DNA from: the human T2T-CHM13v2.0 reference genome, Homo sapiens | Assembly: GCF_009914755.1 (NCBI RefSeq) | Contig: NC_060932.1 | DNA: 64,000 nucleotides | Strand: one strand, 5' to 3' | In this document: positions 1 to 16,929 of the stretch, piece by piece | How the letters are laid out: the number at the start of each line of letters is the position of its first letter | How positions within the stretch are numbered: the first letter of the stretch is position 1 | The notes under the pieces: model-generated | Seen by the model: the letters and a program-made list of their open reading frames with translations, nothing else | Told to the model about the DNA's origin: nothing | The model's database searches: none | Translations under genes and position numbers: made by a program

Positions 1-720
1 TTAAAACACTTTATTACTAAAAAAAAATGCTAACAATTACGTGAGCCTTCAGCAAATCATAATCTTTTTGCCGGCGGAGGGTCTGGCCTTGATGTTAATG
101 GATGCTGACTGATCAGGGTAGTGGTTGCTAAAACTTGGGGTGGCTGTGGCAAATTCTGAAAATGACACAGCAATGAAGTTTGCTCCATTGATTGACTCTC
201 ATGAAAGACTTCTCCACAGCATGTGATGCTATTTGATACCATTTTACCACTTTGAAAATCGGAGTCAATCTTCTCCAATCCAGCTGCTTCTTTATTAACT
301 AAGTTTATGTATACTTGAAATCATTTGTTGTCATCTCAACAATGTTCATAGCTTCTTCACCAGGAGTATATTCCATCTTAAGAAATCACTTTCTTTGTTC
401 ATCCCTCGGAAACAACTCCTTATCTGTTTAAGTTTTACCATGAGATTGCAGCAACTCAGTCACATCTCAGGCTCCACTTCTAGTTCTAGTTTTCTTGCTA
501 TTTCCACCACAATTCCAGTTAAACTTCCTCCACTGAAGTCTTGAGCCCCTCAATGTCATGTGTGAGGGTTGGAATCAACTTCTTTCAAACTCCTGTTAAT
601 ACTATTGTGATTTCCTTTCATGAATCACAAAGTTCTCGTGGCAGAGAATGGTGAGTCTCTCCTAGAAGGTTTTCAATATACTTTGCTCAGATCCATCAAG
701 GCAGCTATAGCTTTATGAAT
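1..720 (-). mobile_element. Tigger1 DNA transposon, 3' part of transposase region
   Basis: Reverse complement matches Tigger1 (MEKIDSDF...SNSITCC..., PQPPQ..TTTLISQ.P.TSR.DPPPAKRL in ORF 57-278). Confidence 0.85.
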
Positions 721-972
721 GATAGCACACCTGTTTAAAGTATGGTTTACTGAATATTTTAAGGTCACTGTTGAGACCTGCTGCTTAGAAAAGAAAGATT
801 CCTTTCAAAATGTTAATGCTCATTGACAATGTACTCAATCATATAAAAGCTCTGATGAAGATGTATAAGAAGATTAATGTTGTTTTCATGCCTGCAAACA
901 GAACATCCATTCTGCAGCCCATAGATCAAAGAGTAATTTCAAAGTTCAAGTCTTACTGTGTTAGAAATACAT
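719..972 (+). mobile_element. Tigger1 internal fragment (DDE region) in opposite orientation
   Basis: atggtttactgaatattttaag...ctcattgacaatg...catccattctgcagcccatagatcaa is forward Tigger1 transposase sequence. Confidence 0.85.
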
Positions 973-1558
973 ACATGAAATAAATGCTATGGTAAAGGAA
1001 AACATGATTAAAAATGTATGTACAGAATAATAGCAAATCTGTATATACAGAAATTCCTATGAATGGGAAAAAATAGGAAAAATCCAGCAAACATACAATA
1101 TTAATTGCAAGGTCTTTGTATGATAGAATACATGACTTTCTTCACCTTTTTACATTTTCTCATGTGTCCCAGAATTAGTATATTTATTACACATTACTTT
1201 AAGCGGTGTGTTTTAATAAATTAAAATAAGACCTGTATAAAACACTGGTAATTAAGCTGTAGAAAAATATCAAGTCAAAAGAATGATAATTTAACAGTCA
1301 CAGACTAAAAGCCAACTTTAATATTTGCAGAACATCATAGAAAATATTCCTCTATTCATACACATTGAACAGGAAAAGAGAAACGGGAAGAAAAGAATAA
1401 TTTGAGAGGAAAGTGTTAACAGCATATAAGCTCTTTTAAGTTAAATTCTATTAAATTTTTTATATTTTGCAAAAGAAAAAGAAATGGGAGTAAATAGGAA
1501 TATACTTCTAATTTTCAGGCAAATATTCTTAAGCAACATGGGTTATTAGTTTTTTTAA

Positions 1559-2244
<686 letters not shown>

Positions 2245-2348
2245 TGTGATTTTTAACTATGTTGACTGGCCCTCTCTATAAATGTTGAGGTAATTGACAT
2301 TGCTATGTGTTCTCTTTTTCTCTCCCACCGTATTAGTATGTATGTTAT

Positions 2349-2550
2349 ATTAGGTCTATTTGTAGTGAGATTTTTAATATTTACATGCACTTATGCAACC
2401 ATAAATTTTCTAATTGTTTTCTAAATCCTTCTCATGATTCACCTCTTAAATTAGGTCTATTTTTAGTGAGATTTTTAATATTTACATGCACTTATGCAAC
2501 CATAAATTTGCTAATTGTTTTCTAAATCCTTCTCATGATTCATCTCTTAA
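2349..2550. repeat. 101-bp x2 tandem duplication of non-TE sequence
   Basis: 2349-2449 vs 2450-2550, 3 mismatches. Confidence 0.95.
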
Positions 2551-2967
2551 CTCAAATGTCCACTCTGCTCTAGCACAATTTCCCAGGAAGCCTTGTGTTA
2601 TCACATTAATCTCTCCTTATCAGAAATGAATATAATATAGTACTTAATTGTTTTCTAGTTGCTTCATTTGTGCTCATTTCGATTTATGGTTATTTTTATA
2701 AAGGTACTGAAGTAAATAAACGCTTTTGTTTTCTTTACATGTGCCAGCACAGTGTAGGACATAGAGCAAGTACGAAATAATCCCATAAAAAATATTTTTG
2801 TGAGATACATCTAAGTATTCAGAAAATTATCCAACATGTCTATCTCTTTCTCATTCCGGTGTAGGGCATAGATAAAAAGTAAAATTAATCTTGAGTACCT
2901 TGCTCTTCACAAAATACAATTTGGCAATATGTTGTATTATTCTAGGTACACAGAAATCAGATTAACA

Positions 2968-4667
<1,700 letters not shown>

Positions 4668-4707
4668 TACTTGGTTTTAATATTATTTTGGTTTGATCAT
4701 TCTATAA

Positions 4708-5032
<325 letters not shown>

Positions 5033-6511
5033 CCTCTCCCACAATTTTCTAAGGTAAGCCTATATTTTCCTTTTACTGGTGTTCAGGAATGTATTCTATA
5101 TTCCTTTCTCATTGAAGCTAGTAGCACTGCAAATATATCTTTAGGTCCATAAATAAGCCTGCATATGCAGTAATAGCAATATATCCAGGGACTGTATTTA
5201 TTTTTCTAATCACTTAAATCTTGCATCTTTTTAATATAACCGTTAGTTGATTCAGCCAGTCATCTAACACACTATCTTATTTGAAGAAGCAGAAATGTGT
5301 GCACTGAAAAGCTTCAGTTTTTATACCAGCATATATTATTAGCTTCCCTTCTTCTATGACAAACCGATAAAATACTATCTAGTCATTCTTCATTGCCTAT
5401 TAAATTTGAGGAATATTTTCCTGTTTGTTTGTTTAGTTTTATTGTGTTTTAATGATTTTAGTTCTTTATATTTTTCTTCTTTCAATGATCTGACCGTATT
5501 TCTACTACTTTGAATTTTTTCTCTACTTAATCTGAAAATATTAACTTTAAACATGCCATGGTGTTGGGTTTTCAAAGCTTCTGAGTATCTTGAGAGCAAG
5601 ATTTGTCTCGTGATTTATTTCCTCCTTCTGCTGTGTTCATCAGTGTTCATATTAAAGTCTAAATACCTGATTATTTTCTGCCTCAATCAGTTTCTTTTCT
5701 AGCATCCAATTCCGTAGCCACAGTCACTGACAGTGGCCAAAGTCTATCTTAAAAGTTTTTAGATGAGTTGAACAAAGCACAATTAATTTATCCATTTGTA
5801 TTATTATAAGGGCTAGTTTATCCTGGTAGGCTTATGTCTTGTTACTGAGATACTAAACATTTAGAGAAAATATTGATACACAAGATAACACCAGGTCTCT
5901 TTTTAGATTCTCAATCTTTCTTTTAGCTGAGCATTCAAATTATAAGTGCTGTACCACCTAATCTGTTACTCCAATATCAGCACATCTTTCTTTATATGCT
6001 AAAGTATTTATTTGCAAACGAAACATCCAATTAGCCTATTATTTTTCTAAATTCTATCTCCCATGTTAGATGTTTCCAAGGATCACTTCATTTGACATCG
6101 TTGTTTTAAAATTTCAAAAGCAAACTATATCTAATTTATTATCTCGTTTTACTTTAGTGTTTTCATTACTAGAATAGTGTGCTGGCAATTTTTTTTTTTT
6201 TTTTTTACTGAAAAGAAGAGTAGCAGCATATTATTGAAAACACTCTCGTCTGAAATTCAGGTGATCTGAACTCTATTCCTTAATCTAATATAGGCAGTGT
6301 GGTCTCCAAAAAGTCAATTTTCTAAGCATCAGTTTCATTATCTATAAAATGATATGCATTTGAGAAGGGAAGGAAGATTTAAAGTAGAAAATGTCACGAT
6401 TCTTTGACTCTAAGTCCCCTCTTGATTGAAGTTTCCTTTTCCTGAGTCACCTAAAATTCTTCTTCACTATCCACTTTGAATACACTTATTTATCTCTAAA
6501 GTGTTTTTGTT

Positions 6512-6797
6512 GGCTGTGTGTGGTGGCTCAGACCTATAATCCTAGCAATTTGGGAATCCAAATTGCTTGAGCTCAGGAGCCCAGGACCAGCCTGAACAAC
6601 ATAGACCCCATCTCTACCAAAAAAAAAAAAATTAAAATAAATAGCTGGGTGTAGTGGCTCGCACCTGTAGTCCTGGCTACTTAGGAGACTGAGGCTGGAG
6701 GATTGCTTGAGCCCAGGAGGCCAAGGCTGCAGTAAGCCATCATTGCACCACTGCACTCCAGCCTGGGTGTCAGAGTAAGACCCTCTCTCAAAAATAA
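6512..6797 (+). mobile_element. AluJ-like with left-arm deletion
   Basis: ggaggattgcttgagcccaggagg AluJ features. Confidence 0.85.
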
Positions 6798-6831
6798 ACT
6801 GTTTTTTTGTCATCTTGGTAATAAAATAGAC

Positions 6832-7187
6832 AATGTTGTGTCCCCACCAAATTTATAAGCCCTAATCACCAGTGTGTTGTTTATTTGGAGGTAGGTCCTT
6901 TGGGAGCTCATTAGTTTTAGATGACGTCATGAGGGTAGAGTCCCTATGATGAGATTAGTGTCTTTATAAGGAAAGAAAGATGTCATAGCTCATTTTCTTT
7001 CTCTCCCATATGAAGATGTGGCAAGAAAGTGCAGACTGTAAGCCAGGAAGGGGTCCTTACCAGACACCAAATCTGACGGTGCCTTGATCTTAGACTTCCC
7101 AGCTATGAAACTATGAGAAATAAATGTTAGTTGCATAAGCCACTCAGTCTATAGTATTTGTTATAGCATCCCAAATTGACTAAAACA
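6832..7187 (+). mobile_element. MaLR LTR (MLT1A-like)
   Basis: tgtccccaccaaattt...gccttgatcttagacttcccagc...aaataaatg...gactaaaaca. Confidence 0.75.
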
Positions 7188-7282
7188 GTCATCTTCTTTC
7201 TGTCAAATGGGAATATGAATAAGTATGCTGACTTTGACCTTCCCCAGTAATCTCAGTCTCTTGGCTATTCAGGATAGAGTGT

Positions 7283-8155
7283 GTTGATGAAAAAGAGAGA
7301 AACTGTAAAATATTTATAGAGACTTACTCTGAGTCAAATATGAGTGACCAAGACTGAGGGCAGAGTCTCAAGAGGTCCTGAAAACATGTGTCCAACATGG
7401 TTGGGTTACAGCTTGATTTTATACATTTTAGAGGGACAGAAGCTCCAGGTATGCATCAGTCAATACCTGTAAGGTGTACATTGGTTCAGTCGGGAAAGGC
7501 AGGACAACTTGAAGTAGGGGTTTCTGGGTCATATGCAAATTCAAAGATTTTCTAATTGGCAATTGACTGGAGGAATTAAGTTGTTATTTAAAGACCTCGA
7601 ATCAATAGAAAGGACTGTCCAAGTTAAGGGGTTGTGGAAACCAAGGTTCTTATTATGCAGATGAAGTCTCACAGATGGCCACCCTTAGAGAAAATAGATG
7701 GCAGCTGTTTTCTATTCAGACCTTTAGAAGTTGCTGGACTCTCAGCTAATCTCTTCAGGATCAGAAAAACACCTGGAAAGGGAAGAGGTTTCTCTGCAGA
7801 ATATGAATTTCCTCTACAAGAGAAAGCTTTGAGGGGCCATTTCAAAATATGTCAAAGAGTTACGTTTTGGGGTGAGATATTTCATTTCTTTCAGGATCTG
7901 CTGTCATGTGATGCTATACTACAGTTACATTGGAATTTGGTATCTCACTGCCACAAAGAGTCTGTTTTGTCAGTCTTAAGATTTCTGTTTTAATGTGAAT
8001 GTTGGCCAGTTGCGCATGAATTCAAAAGGGAGAAAAGTATAATGAGGCATGTCTGACCCTCTCTTCCCATCGTGGCCTAAAATAGTTTTTCAGGTTTACT
8101 TTGGAATCCCCTTGGCCAAGAGATGGGGTCCATTCAGTCCCTTGGGCTTAGAATT
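7283..8155 (-). mobile_element. ERV1 solo LTR, MER4 family
   Basis: tgttgatgaaaaag...ctgagtcaaatatgagtgacca...ggtcctgaaaacatgtg; reverse-complement homolog of the 55.1-55.8 kb LTR end. Confidence 0.75.
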
Positions 8156-9112
8156 CATAATATATTCTATTCTGAAACAAATCAGATACATAAGATAAAA
8201 GATTAATTCTGATTTGGCTAGAAAATCCTATATTGTAAAGTTTTGTAATTCTGTTGGTGCTGAAATAGTCAAAATAAGAAATTTATCTCCTTTTGTGTTG
8301 TTTTACTAGGACATTCTAGCAGTGAGGCTTTAATCAAGAACATGGTGTCCTTAAGTATGTAAAACAGAAGGAATTTGTTAGAATTTTTTGTTTGTTAGTT
8401 TGATTTGGTTTTATTTACTATTTTTTACATGGATATTGGAAAAGCTAGAACAACAAACAAGTGATGGTGAGTAATCCTAAACATTAGGACCAATCTGAAG
8501 CCATCACCATCTCTAGACAGGAGAAACAAAGAGAAGAGACACTGTTACCAGAGGGCAGGAGACAGAGTCACATCCAAATGCAGGTGGAATTCTGGCAGGA
8601 TTGTCTTTTGGGAGCTGAGTCTAAAGAATTCATGACTTCTATCAGAGTTGCTCAAGACGGAGGAGGAGGAGAAACACCCTAACTTTCTCCTCTCCTGTTT
8701 CCCCACCACCACCACTACCATCATCACCACCCTGCAATTTTCCAGCAGCCCCTCCCATTGGGTGCACTCAACTGAAGGCCTGCTGACGTTGAGGTTTGGG
8801 AAATGCAGCCTGCAGAGGCCAGCACTGAAGGAGAACAGCAGAGAGGGGATTTGGGAGCTCCCAAGCCCAGCTCAGACACAAAGTGTGCAGCTGCCAGGTG
8901 TGCTGGGTCTTCATCCTATAAAACATGATACATTTGCCCTAAAAGAGATGCTGATTTATGTGTGACAAACAAATCATTTCCTTCTGCAATAAAGGGTGCA
9001 CTCATCAAAAATAATACTTTGTTTTATACTATTTAACAAAATGAAAGAAAGTCACCAAAACAATCTGCTACAGGAGATATTTTTGTCATAACTTCACAAG
9101 CTAGATTTGTGT

Positions 9113-9744
9113 TGTAAATCAAAGAAAATCACTGAGGCAGGTCTAGTCATTCTTAGAAGTTTATTTTTCCAAGGTTAAGGACACACCTAGGAAAAAAGGA
9201 ACACAAAACTATCAGAAAAAATTACAGTGCTCCATGCTTTCTTCCAAAGAGGGTCTGGGGCCCCCCCAATCTTTAAAGAGAAAAGAGAGGACATACGGTT
9301 GCTTCCTTTTGAGTTTCTGATCAGCGTTCACTGAACACACATTTTACATATGAGAAGGGGGTAGAGGAATAGTCACAGATGGATTTGTCTCGTACTCAGT
9401 GAATCTGCATTTTTATATAAGATAAAATAAAGATAGGATAGAGAAAGCAGTCAGACCTGCCTTTGTCTCAGTAGAGTGAAGGGATGACTTTGAGTTCTGT
9501 CCTTTGTCCCGTACCTATGAGGATAAGCTATCAATTTACACTGTCCCTGTGAAATTTGATAGAACTGTGTGTTAGGGTAAAGATCTTGGGGCCCACAAGG
9601 AATTTCCCTGTGAGTAATACGTGAGGGAGGTATGTAGCTATCTAGGAACAAAATGGGAGGCAGGTTTGTGTGACCCAGTCCCCAGCTTGACTTTTCCCTT
9701 TGGCTTAGTGAGTTCAGGATCCCAATTTTTTTTTTTCCTTTCAG
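9113..9744 (-). mobile_element. ERV1 solo LTR, MER4 group (MER83/MER84-like)
   Basis: gatgactttgagttctgtcctttgtccc...cttttccctttggcttagtgag; collinear with the 50.7-52.5 kb copy. Confidence 0.7.
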
Positions 9745-10942
9745 TGTTACAAATCAGAGTGAGTCTTGTAAATCTACCCAAAGGTTTAGGTAACTAAGGC
9801 ATGAAGAAATTTCTAGTCAAGAGATAGAGTTAAAAACCTATTCTTTAATCACTGAATTTTTATCTTTTTGCTTACATACACTGTGACAAATAGGGCTAAT
9901 TGTTTTGGGAAGTGATTCTCTAACCCTTCTGTGCAATATTCTTTCTCCAGCTGATTTACAAGGAAGAGGCTGGAGAAACTAAGGCTAAGCACCATCTGGG
10001 AACCTTGTACGATTTTTGTCTACTACCGGCCAACGCAGAGACATTTGCTGAAGAAAACAGGCTGAACACAGCCTGAATTCCTCAACAAGTTCTATCACTA
10101 ACAATAAGTTAATAGCTAACATTTGATGACAACATTCCATATGTTAGACTCTCTCCTAAGTAGTTTTTAATGCATTCGCTGTTCCACATAATTTAATTTA
10201 CTTTATATATTTACAACTTTAATACTCTTTACCGTGGCTACTTCCATCTAACTACTTATAGTTACCTCAAATCTCTGAGCAGTCTCATACCTCCAGGTTT
10301 TTGCATGTGGCTCCTGCTTCCTGAAATGCCTTTACTCCTCATATTCCTGGCTATGTCTTACTCACTGACTTATTTGTAAACCATTTGTTGAGTACTTACC
10401 ATATGGCAGTCTTTTTGGCTGCCATCTTGGAGTTAGTTGACCAGGCTATAGATATGTGCAGGGGGTTGTGGAGCACAGAGGAGAAGAATCTGAATCTTAC
10501 TTGGGTACGTTAATAATATGAAGAGCGATGGGAGTTAGCACGAACTCAAGAAGAGCCTGTTCTTTAAAGTCTTTCCTGACTGACCACCCTCAGATCAATA
10601 ACATTTAATATTAAAGTCACAGTTAACATTAACCTCTTGGTATTAATATCATTCCCACTTTATTATTTAAAAAACTTATATGCAATACAGGCTTGTCTGC
10701 ACAGTTCTAGAAGGCAAGATTAAAGTCAGTAGGGGGAAAGTCACAAATATCCTCATTTGTTTTCACTTTAAACATGAAATATTCTGACTTTAAGACTGCC
10801 CCAAGACTGAAGACTTGAGGTGGTAAGAGACCTATTTCTGGAAGTGTTTAAACAAAAACTGGATGACATGGGAGATTTGACTTGGTGACCACTCAGATAA
10901 CTTCAGACACAAATTAAATAATTTTTAAAATGTCACGTAACA

Positions 10943-11088
10943 GGCTGGGCACAGTGGCTCACACCTGTAATCCCAGCTCTTAGGGAGGCAGAGGTGGGAG
11001 GATAGCTTGAGCCCAGGAGTTTGAGACCTGCCTGGGCAATATAGTGAGATCCCGTTCTCCATAAAAAGGAAAAAAAAAAAAGTGTAAT
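10943..11088 (+). pseudogene. BC200 (BCYRN1) retropseudogene, 3'-truncated
   Basis: Monomeric Alu-like sequence with BC200-diagnostic words: cagctcttagggagg, ggatagcttgag, gagacctgcctgggcaatatag, ccgttctccataaaaagg-A-run, then aagtgtaat (BC200 AAGCGTAAC). Imperfect TSD aaaatgtcacgtaaca (10927-10942) / aatatgtcatttaaca (11089-11104). Confidence 0.85.
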
Positions 11089-11232
11089 AATATGTCATTT
11101 AACAATATCCATATGAGTTTTTATCTTTGCATATATAGAATATGCAAAATATTATAATTAGGTAGTTGATTATCTAGTGATAATTATCTCTTCAACAAGT
11201 CCTAAAACATCATGAAAAAAAGACAAAACTGT

Positions 11233-11290
11233 TGCCACTGCACTCCAGCCTGTGTAACAGAGAAAGACCCTGTCTCAACAAATAAATACA
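11233..11290 (+). mobile_element. Heavily 5'-truncated Alu
   Basis: gccactgcactccagcctg...ctcaa plus A-rich tail; TSD agacaaaactg. Confidence 0.8.
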
Positions 11291-11543
11291 TAGACAAAAC
11301 TGATAATAGTGGCTACCACTTATTAAACCTCTACTGTGTTCTATGAACAGTGCTAGGTTTTATAATCTTTAATACACAAAAAAAATCCTGCAAGGTAGAT
11401 ATTATTAACAGAATAAGGATGAGTGTTATTGAGTAACTTATCCAAAGTGACAAAGTGAATGAAAGAACCAAAAATTCCACCCTGGTCTCTGATGTTTCTG
11501 TATTATTTGACTCTATTGTATGAGTCCAACTTTCAGACATCAA

Positions 11544-11849
11544 CTTTTTTTTTCTTTAGAGACAGGAGACAGGGTCTCTCTCTGTTGCCCAGGCTAGAGT
11601 GCAGTGGCTCAATCATAGCTCACAGCAGGGTCAAACTCCTGGGCTCAAGTGATCCTCCTGCCACAGCCTCCTGAGTAGTTGGGGTTATACAGGCATGCCC
11701 CATCATGCCTGGCTACTTTTTGTATTTTTTGCATAGACAAGATCTTGCTATGTTGCCCAAGCCGGTCTCGAACTCCTGGCCTTAAGCGATCCTCCCATCC
11801 CTGCCTCCCAAAGTGCTGGGATTACAGGTGTGAGCTACTGAGCCCAGCA
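11544..11849 (-). mobile_element. AluJ-like (adjacent MIR relic ~11300-11530)
   Basis: Antisense Alu; TSD caga(c/t)atcaactt. Confidence 0.9.
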
Positions 11850-12579
11850 CAGATATCAACTTAATAAAAAGAATTAGCAAATATTTGCCAAACATTTGGT
11901 ACTGGAACTATACTAGGGAGGTGCAATGAAATTAACAAATAAACATAAAACATAGTTGCTGCCCTTAGGGAATGAACTATCCAATTAGAAAAAGAAGACA
12001 CTGCATATTGAAAAGCTAACTTAAGAATCAAGTTCAAAAAGTGAGCCCCCAAAATAAAAGTTACATTAAGTGTACGTCTGGAATGACCAAGTAGCCAATT
12101 ATAACCTTTCCGATTGAGTTTGGAAACTGAAATATCAAAATGTCTAAATATCACCCTTCTTCATAGCTGAAGGAGTATCCTGATGATTTCCACTAAAAAG
12201 ACCAATAAATATGCTGTAACCTCTTCAGTGACTTCTGGACGTACAGTTTGCCCTTTGATTTACAAGGCCAGCTGGTATTTACACAACATGGTATTATTTG
12301 CACTTCTTTCTCTTACACTCGTGGCATGCTTGAGATCTTTGTTCAAAAATAACCCCACCATACCAGCCTGCTGCTATACCAGCTGCTCTGCTGTCTGCTG
12401 CTGCTATTGTCCTCACAGTCTTTATTTGGCTGTTTCGAGTTGTCTTTCCATTGTCAGATACAGTCGATGAAATATGGATCTGAATTCCTTCATAGTCCGT
12501 GGATGTCGTATGGCGTTTATTATCTAAATGGTGTGAGTGACATGTAGCAATATTTTTTACTGATGTCTCAGGCCCCTGA

Positions 12580-12904
<325 letters not shown>

Positions 12905-13239
12905 TCTCATTTTCTTATCAAGATTTCCAGCACACTAACCACCTTTGCACGTCCTATTTAAACAATGTTATGTCAATACCTGTAATGGAACAGTGTGGCA
13001 TCACACAGAATATCCAGACAGAACGGACTTTTCTGGACTGTATTATGACAAAGGGTGAAATAGACAATGCAGCCCTGCAACAAAAACTGGAATTAGGGAG
13101 TTTTCTTTTCTTGTGTAACTGCAAGCTCTTTCTGTTTCTCCTTTTTGATAGGAATGATAAAGAGCTCATTCACCAAATCTATAGCTGCATATTATCTACC
13201 TGGGGCCATTTTTAAACTTTTCTCTTAATAGCAAAAACA

Positions 13240-13475
13240 TTGTGTCCATGTGTACTCAATGTTTAGCTCCCACTTATAAGGAACATGCAGTATTTGGTTT
13301 GCTGTTTCTGCATGAGTTTGCCTAGGATAATAGCCTCCAGCTCCATCTTTGCTGCTGCAAAATACAGGATCTCATTCTTTTTTATGATGGCATAGTATTC
13401 CCTGGTGTATATGTACCATATTTTCTTCATCCACTCAACCACTGATGAGCATTTAGGTTGATTTACGTATCTTCC
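13240..13475 (-). mobile_element. L1 3'-region fragment (old L1PA/L1PB)
   Basis: tttagctcccacttataag...ccatattttcttcatcca; minus ORF resembles the ORF2 C-terminus (WMKKIWYIYT.EYYA). Confidence 0.85.
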
Positions 13476-13949
13476 ACCCTTTAGATAATAAAGAGTGGCC
13501 TCAATTTTTGCCATCCCTCTCTGGGATAAAATATTTGTTTTGATTTCAGTCTTGGCTGGAGTAGAAAGGAGCAGTTTCAGAGGCTTCTACTTTGTCTCCC
13601 CAAATGTGATAGATCACACCTGACAAAGAACCCAATGTTGGTGTTTTGTCAAATGCCAATTATTTATCTTCCTAGTATATAGTTTAAAACCGTGGAAATG
13701 ACCTTCAGGTGAGTTCACATACCCAGTGAACCCACTGTGCCTGAACCTCCAGCAGGACTCCATTTATTATCTGTTCTACATATGTCCTACCTCTAGCAAG
13801 GCCCCAAGAGGATGCTTTTGGTTTCCAGGTATTAGTGACTACTCATATTCTTTGTGTAGCAGCCCTTGAAATGTTTGTGTATTCCCCTCCCCTAATGCAC
13901 AATTCTACCCAAGAAAATAAGCACAGCTCCCTTTGGGGGGCAGTATGGG

Positions 13950-15000
13950 AGCCTCCACCAAGTATACCTGCCATGATCTTGCTGGGTTACTCTTCCAGGG
14001 AAAATGGACTCTTCCTGGAGTCAGTGGGCTCCATGTCCAAAAACTGGCAAAGGTATAGAAATTGAGAAAGAGATCATAGGCTTATATTGGAGAAATTGCA
14101 CTCAGACTTATAACCATCCACTTTTAGTTTCTTTTGATAGTACAAATGGAGTAGTATCCTTGTTTACTACTCATTTATTTTGCCTCCAGGGTCACTATAC
14201 ACTATTTAAATTTGCAGGCCCCTACCTGACCCTTCTACCTTGCATTTAATAAAAATATTGCACCTACCTGATTTATGACAGTGAATCTAACCAAGTGGCC
14301 TCTACTGTTCCAGAATCCCATCACCCTTATTTTATTTTTGAGCCTAACTGTCTAATAGACTCAACTTTGTCCTGTAGAGGAAAGCCACGACCACTAAAAT
14401 TAGTGATGCTCATGCCCCTCTCAATACCATGTTCTATACGTCCTTGATAAATGATGTACTCTCTGGGTCTCACTGTAGCACAAAATCATCTGCTACATTT
14501 TCTAGCTTCACACAGCATATCCATTCCAGCATATTCATTTCTCTGTGCCTTTTAACATATGTTCTGCCCTCTGCTAAAGCAATATCTGGCACTCCAGTTT
14601 CACTTAGTGTAGGCTATTAATTATTCCACGCCTCTAGGGGCCATCCTAACTGTGAATTTGTGCTGTCTCCTAGGGTCCTTGTCAGAGTGTTCAATCCAAT
14701 ATTCTGGAATAGTGATCTCAAATTAGTCATTTTCACTTATCCAACCTTAAATATTGGCCATCTTGATCAAACACCCTCTGAGTTCAACCCCTTGTATGCT
14801 GTCCTAGCTTCTGATACATGCCGACAAGGTCTTACTTTTGGGAGAGAGTGATTTTTCTCCCTTACCAGGCTCAGCACATTTCCAGCTGGGCTATTCTGTG
14901 CCTTGACCCTAGATACAGGCCCAGTGGTTAAGTGGGGAGTAGGAACAGACCCTGAGAAACGCATATGCTGTCTTGGATGGAAGAAGCATCTACATCACCT
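13950..15000 (-). mobile_element. Decayed ERVL-class internal (gag-like) remnant
   Basis: Reverse complement of 14680-14790 (agggtgtttgatcaagatggccaatatttaaggttggat...) resembles the ERVL/MaLR gag RVxDQGGxNIKLD segment; multiple frameshifts. Confidence 0.5.
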
Positions 15001-15963
15001 CTAAGCAAAGGAGTGTGGGTCATTTTAACAGGGAGAGCTGGGTCGTTTTAGCACGGTCATTACACTTACTATTTCCCCCATATTTCTCACACTCACGATA
15101 CATCACACCAACTAATTCATTCCTTTCCATTGGCATACCATAACAGAGTTAGAAGAAGCTGGTAGTAGAAATTTAGGAAAAATAAAAAGATGAATTTATT
15201 CATTCATTGCACGAATATTGATAACTTACTACCTGCCAGAACCTGTTTTAGATATTAGGAATACATCAGTGAACAAAACAGAAAAAAATCCTCTATCTCT
15301 AAAAAGATAGGGGAAGCAGATGATGAGAAATAAACATAGTAAATAAGGAAATGACAAAATACGGAAAATACGGTAAGTGCTATCAGGAAAAATGGAGCAA
15401 AATAAGAGGAATAAAAGGTATGGTGGTTGTCGTTTCAAATTAATGGCGTATTCTTGGTAAGCATCTCTGAGAAGTTTAAGTTTGAGCAGGGACTTGGTAG
15501 ATAAATGAACCATGGGCATTTAGAGTGTTAGCGTCTGCTTCCAAGTCCCAATTCCCACCGGGTGATTTAAAGAGGGCCCAGTGATGTGTAGAAAGCAGTG
15601 GGACACAATAGAAGAGACATATCCTCAAGCTTAGGGTACCCAAATCTTTTATAATGAGCAGTAAGCCTGCCTCGCTCTTGCCCTGAAGGAGACACTATCC
15701 AAGGATGTTTGCTAAACGAACATGTTAAAATTAGATTCCAGAACTAAGGGAGCTAGTGCCTTTTCTTAGAAAACTTACACAAACGCTATAGACCCATGAA
15801 GAATTGTCTCCTTTGACGAGGGCAATTCTTTGGAGGGGTGGCATTTAAAGCTAATTGAAGTGAGTTCTGGAGGGAATGAGAGGAGAGGATTTAGAGAATA
15901 CGAATATAGACAATTATGTTGTGGAGTTTTGCTATGAAGGAGGACAGGTAGATTGTGTAATAG

Positions 15964-16335
<372 letters not shown>

Positions 16336-16929
16336 TCTGTTTTTGTTTTTTAAGATGGAAGAGACAAAAGTAGGTTTGTATGCTGATGATGACCTATCAA
16401 AAAGGAAAAATGGATAATTTAGGATAAGAGATGTAAAATTGCTGGGATAGTTACCTTTGAGTGGAGAAAAACAGATGAGTTTATTTAGGAATGTAGGTTT
16501 TAACCTTAAGATTGTACCTTCCAGTGGATAAAGATCATAAGAACACAGATTGAGTAGACTAATAGATGCAGTGGAGTTTCTGGAAGCTCTCATTTGATTG
16601 CTTCAATTTGCTCAGCGATGTAGGAAGCAAGTGCAAAAGCTGAAAGTGAAAATAAGAGAGAAGGTGTTGGAGATGTGAATAGAAGAATAGATGTATTAAT
16701 AAAATAGTACTGTAGGAGAACCGGAGCAGGGAAGCACCGGAAAACTACAGTTTAAGAGCCATGAAAATGACCTTCAGGTGAGTTGCCAAGGAATCCACCC
16801 AAGGATCCTAGCGATGAATTTGAAGTTGAATCGCTCTACATGGTTTTGTCTATTTCTAACCTTGATTAATTGCACAAGTGCAGATGTGAATTAGGTGGAG
16901 AGTTGGAAATAACCTATGTTTTAGATTTT

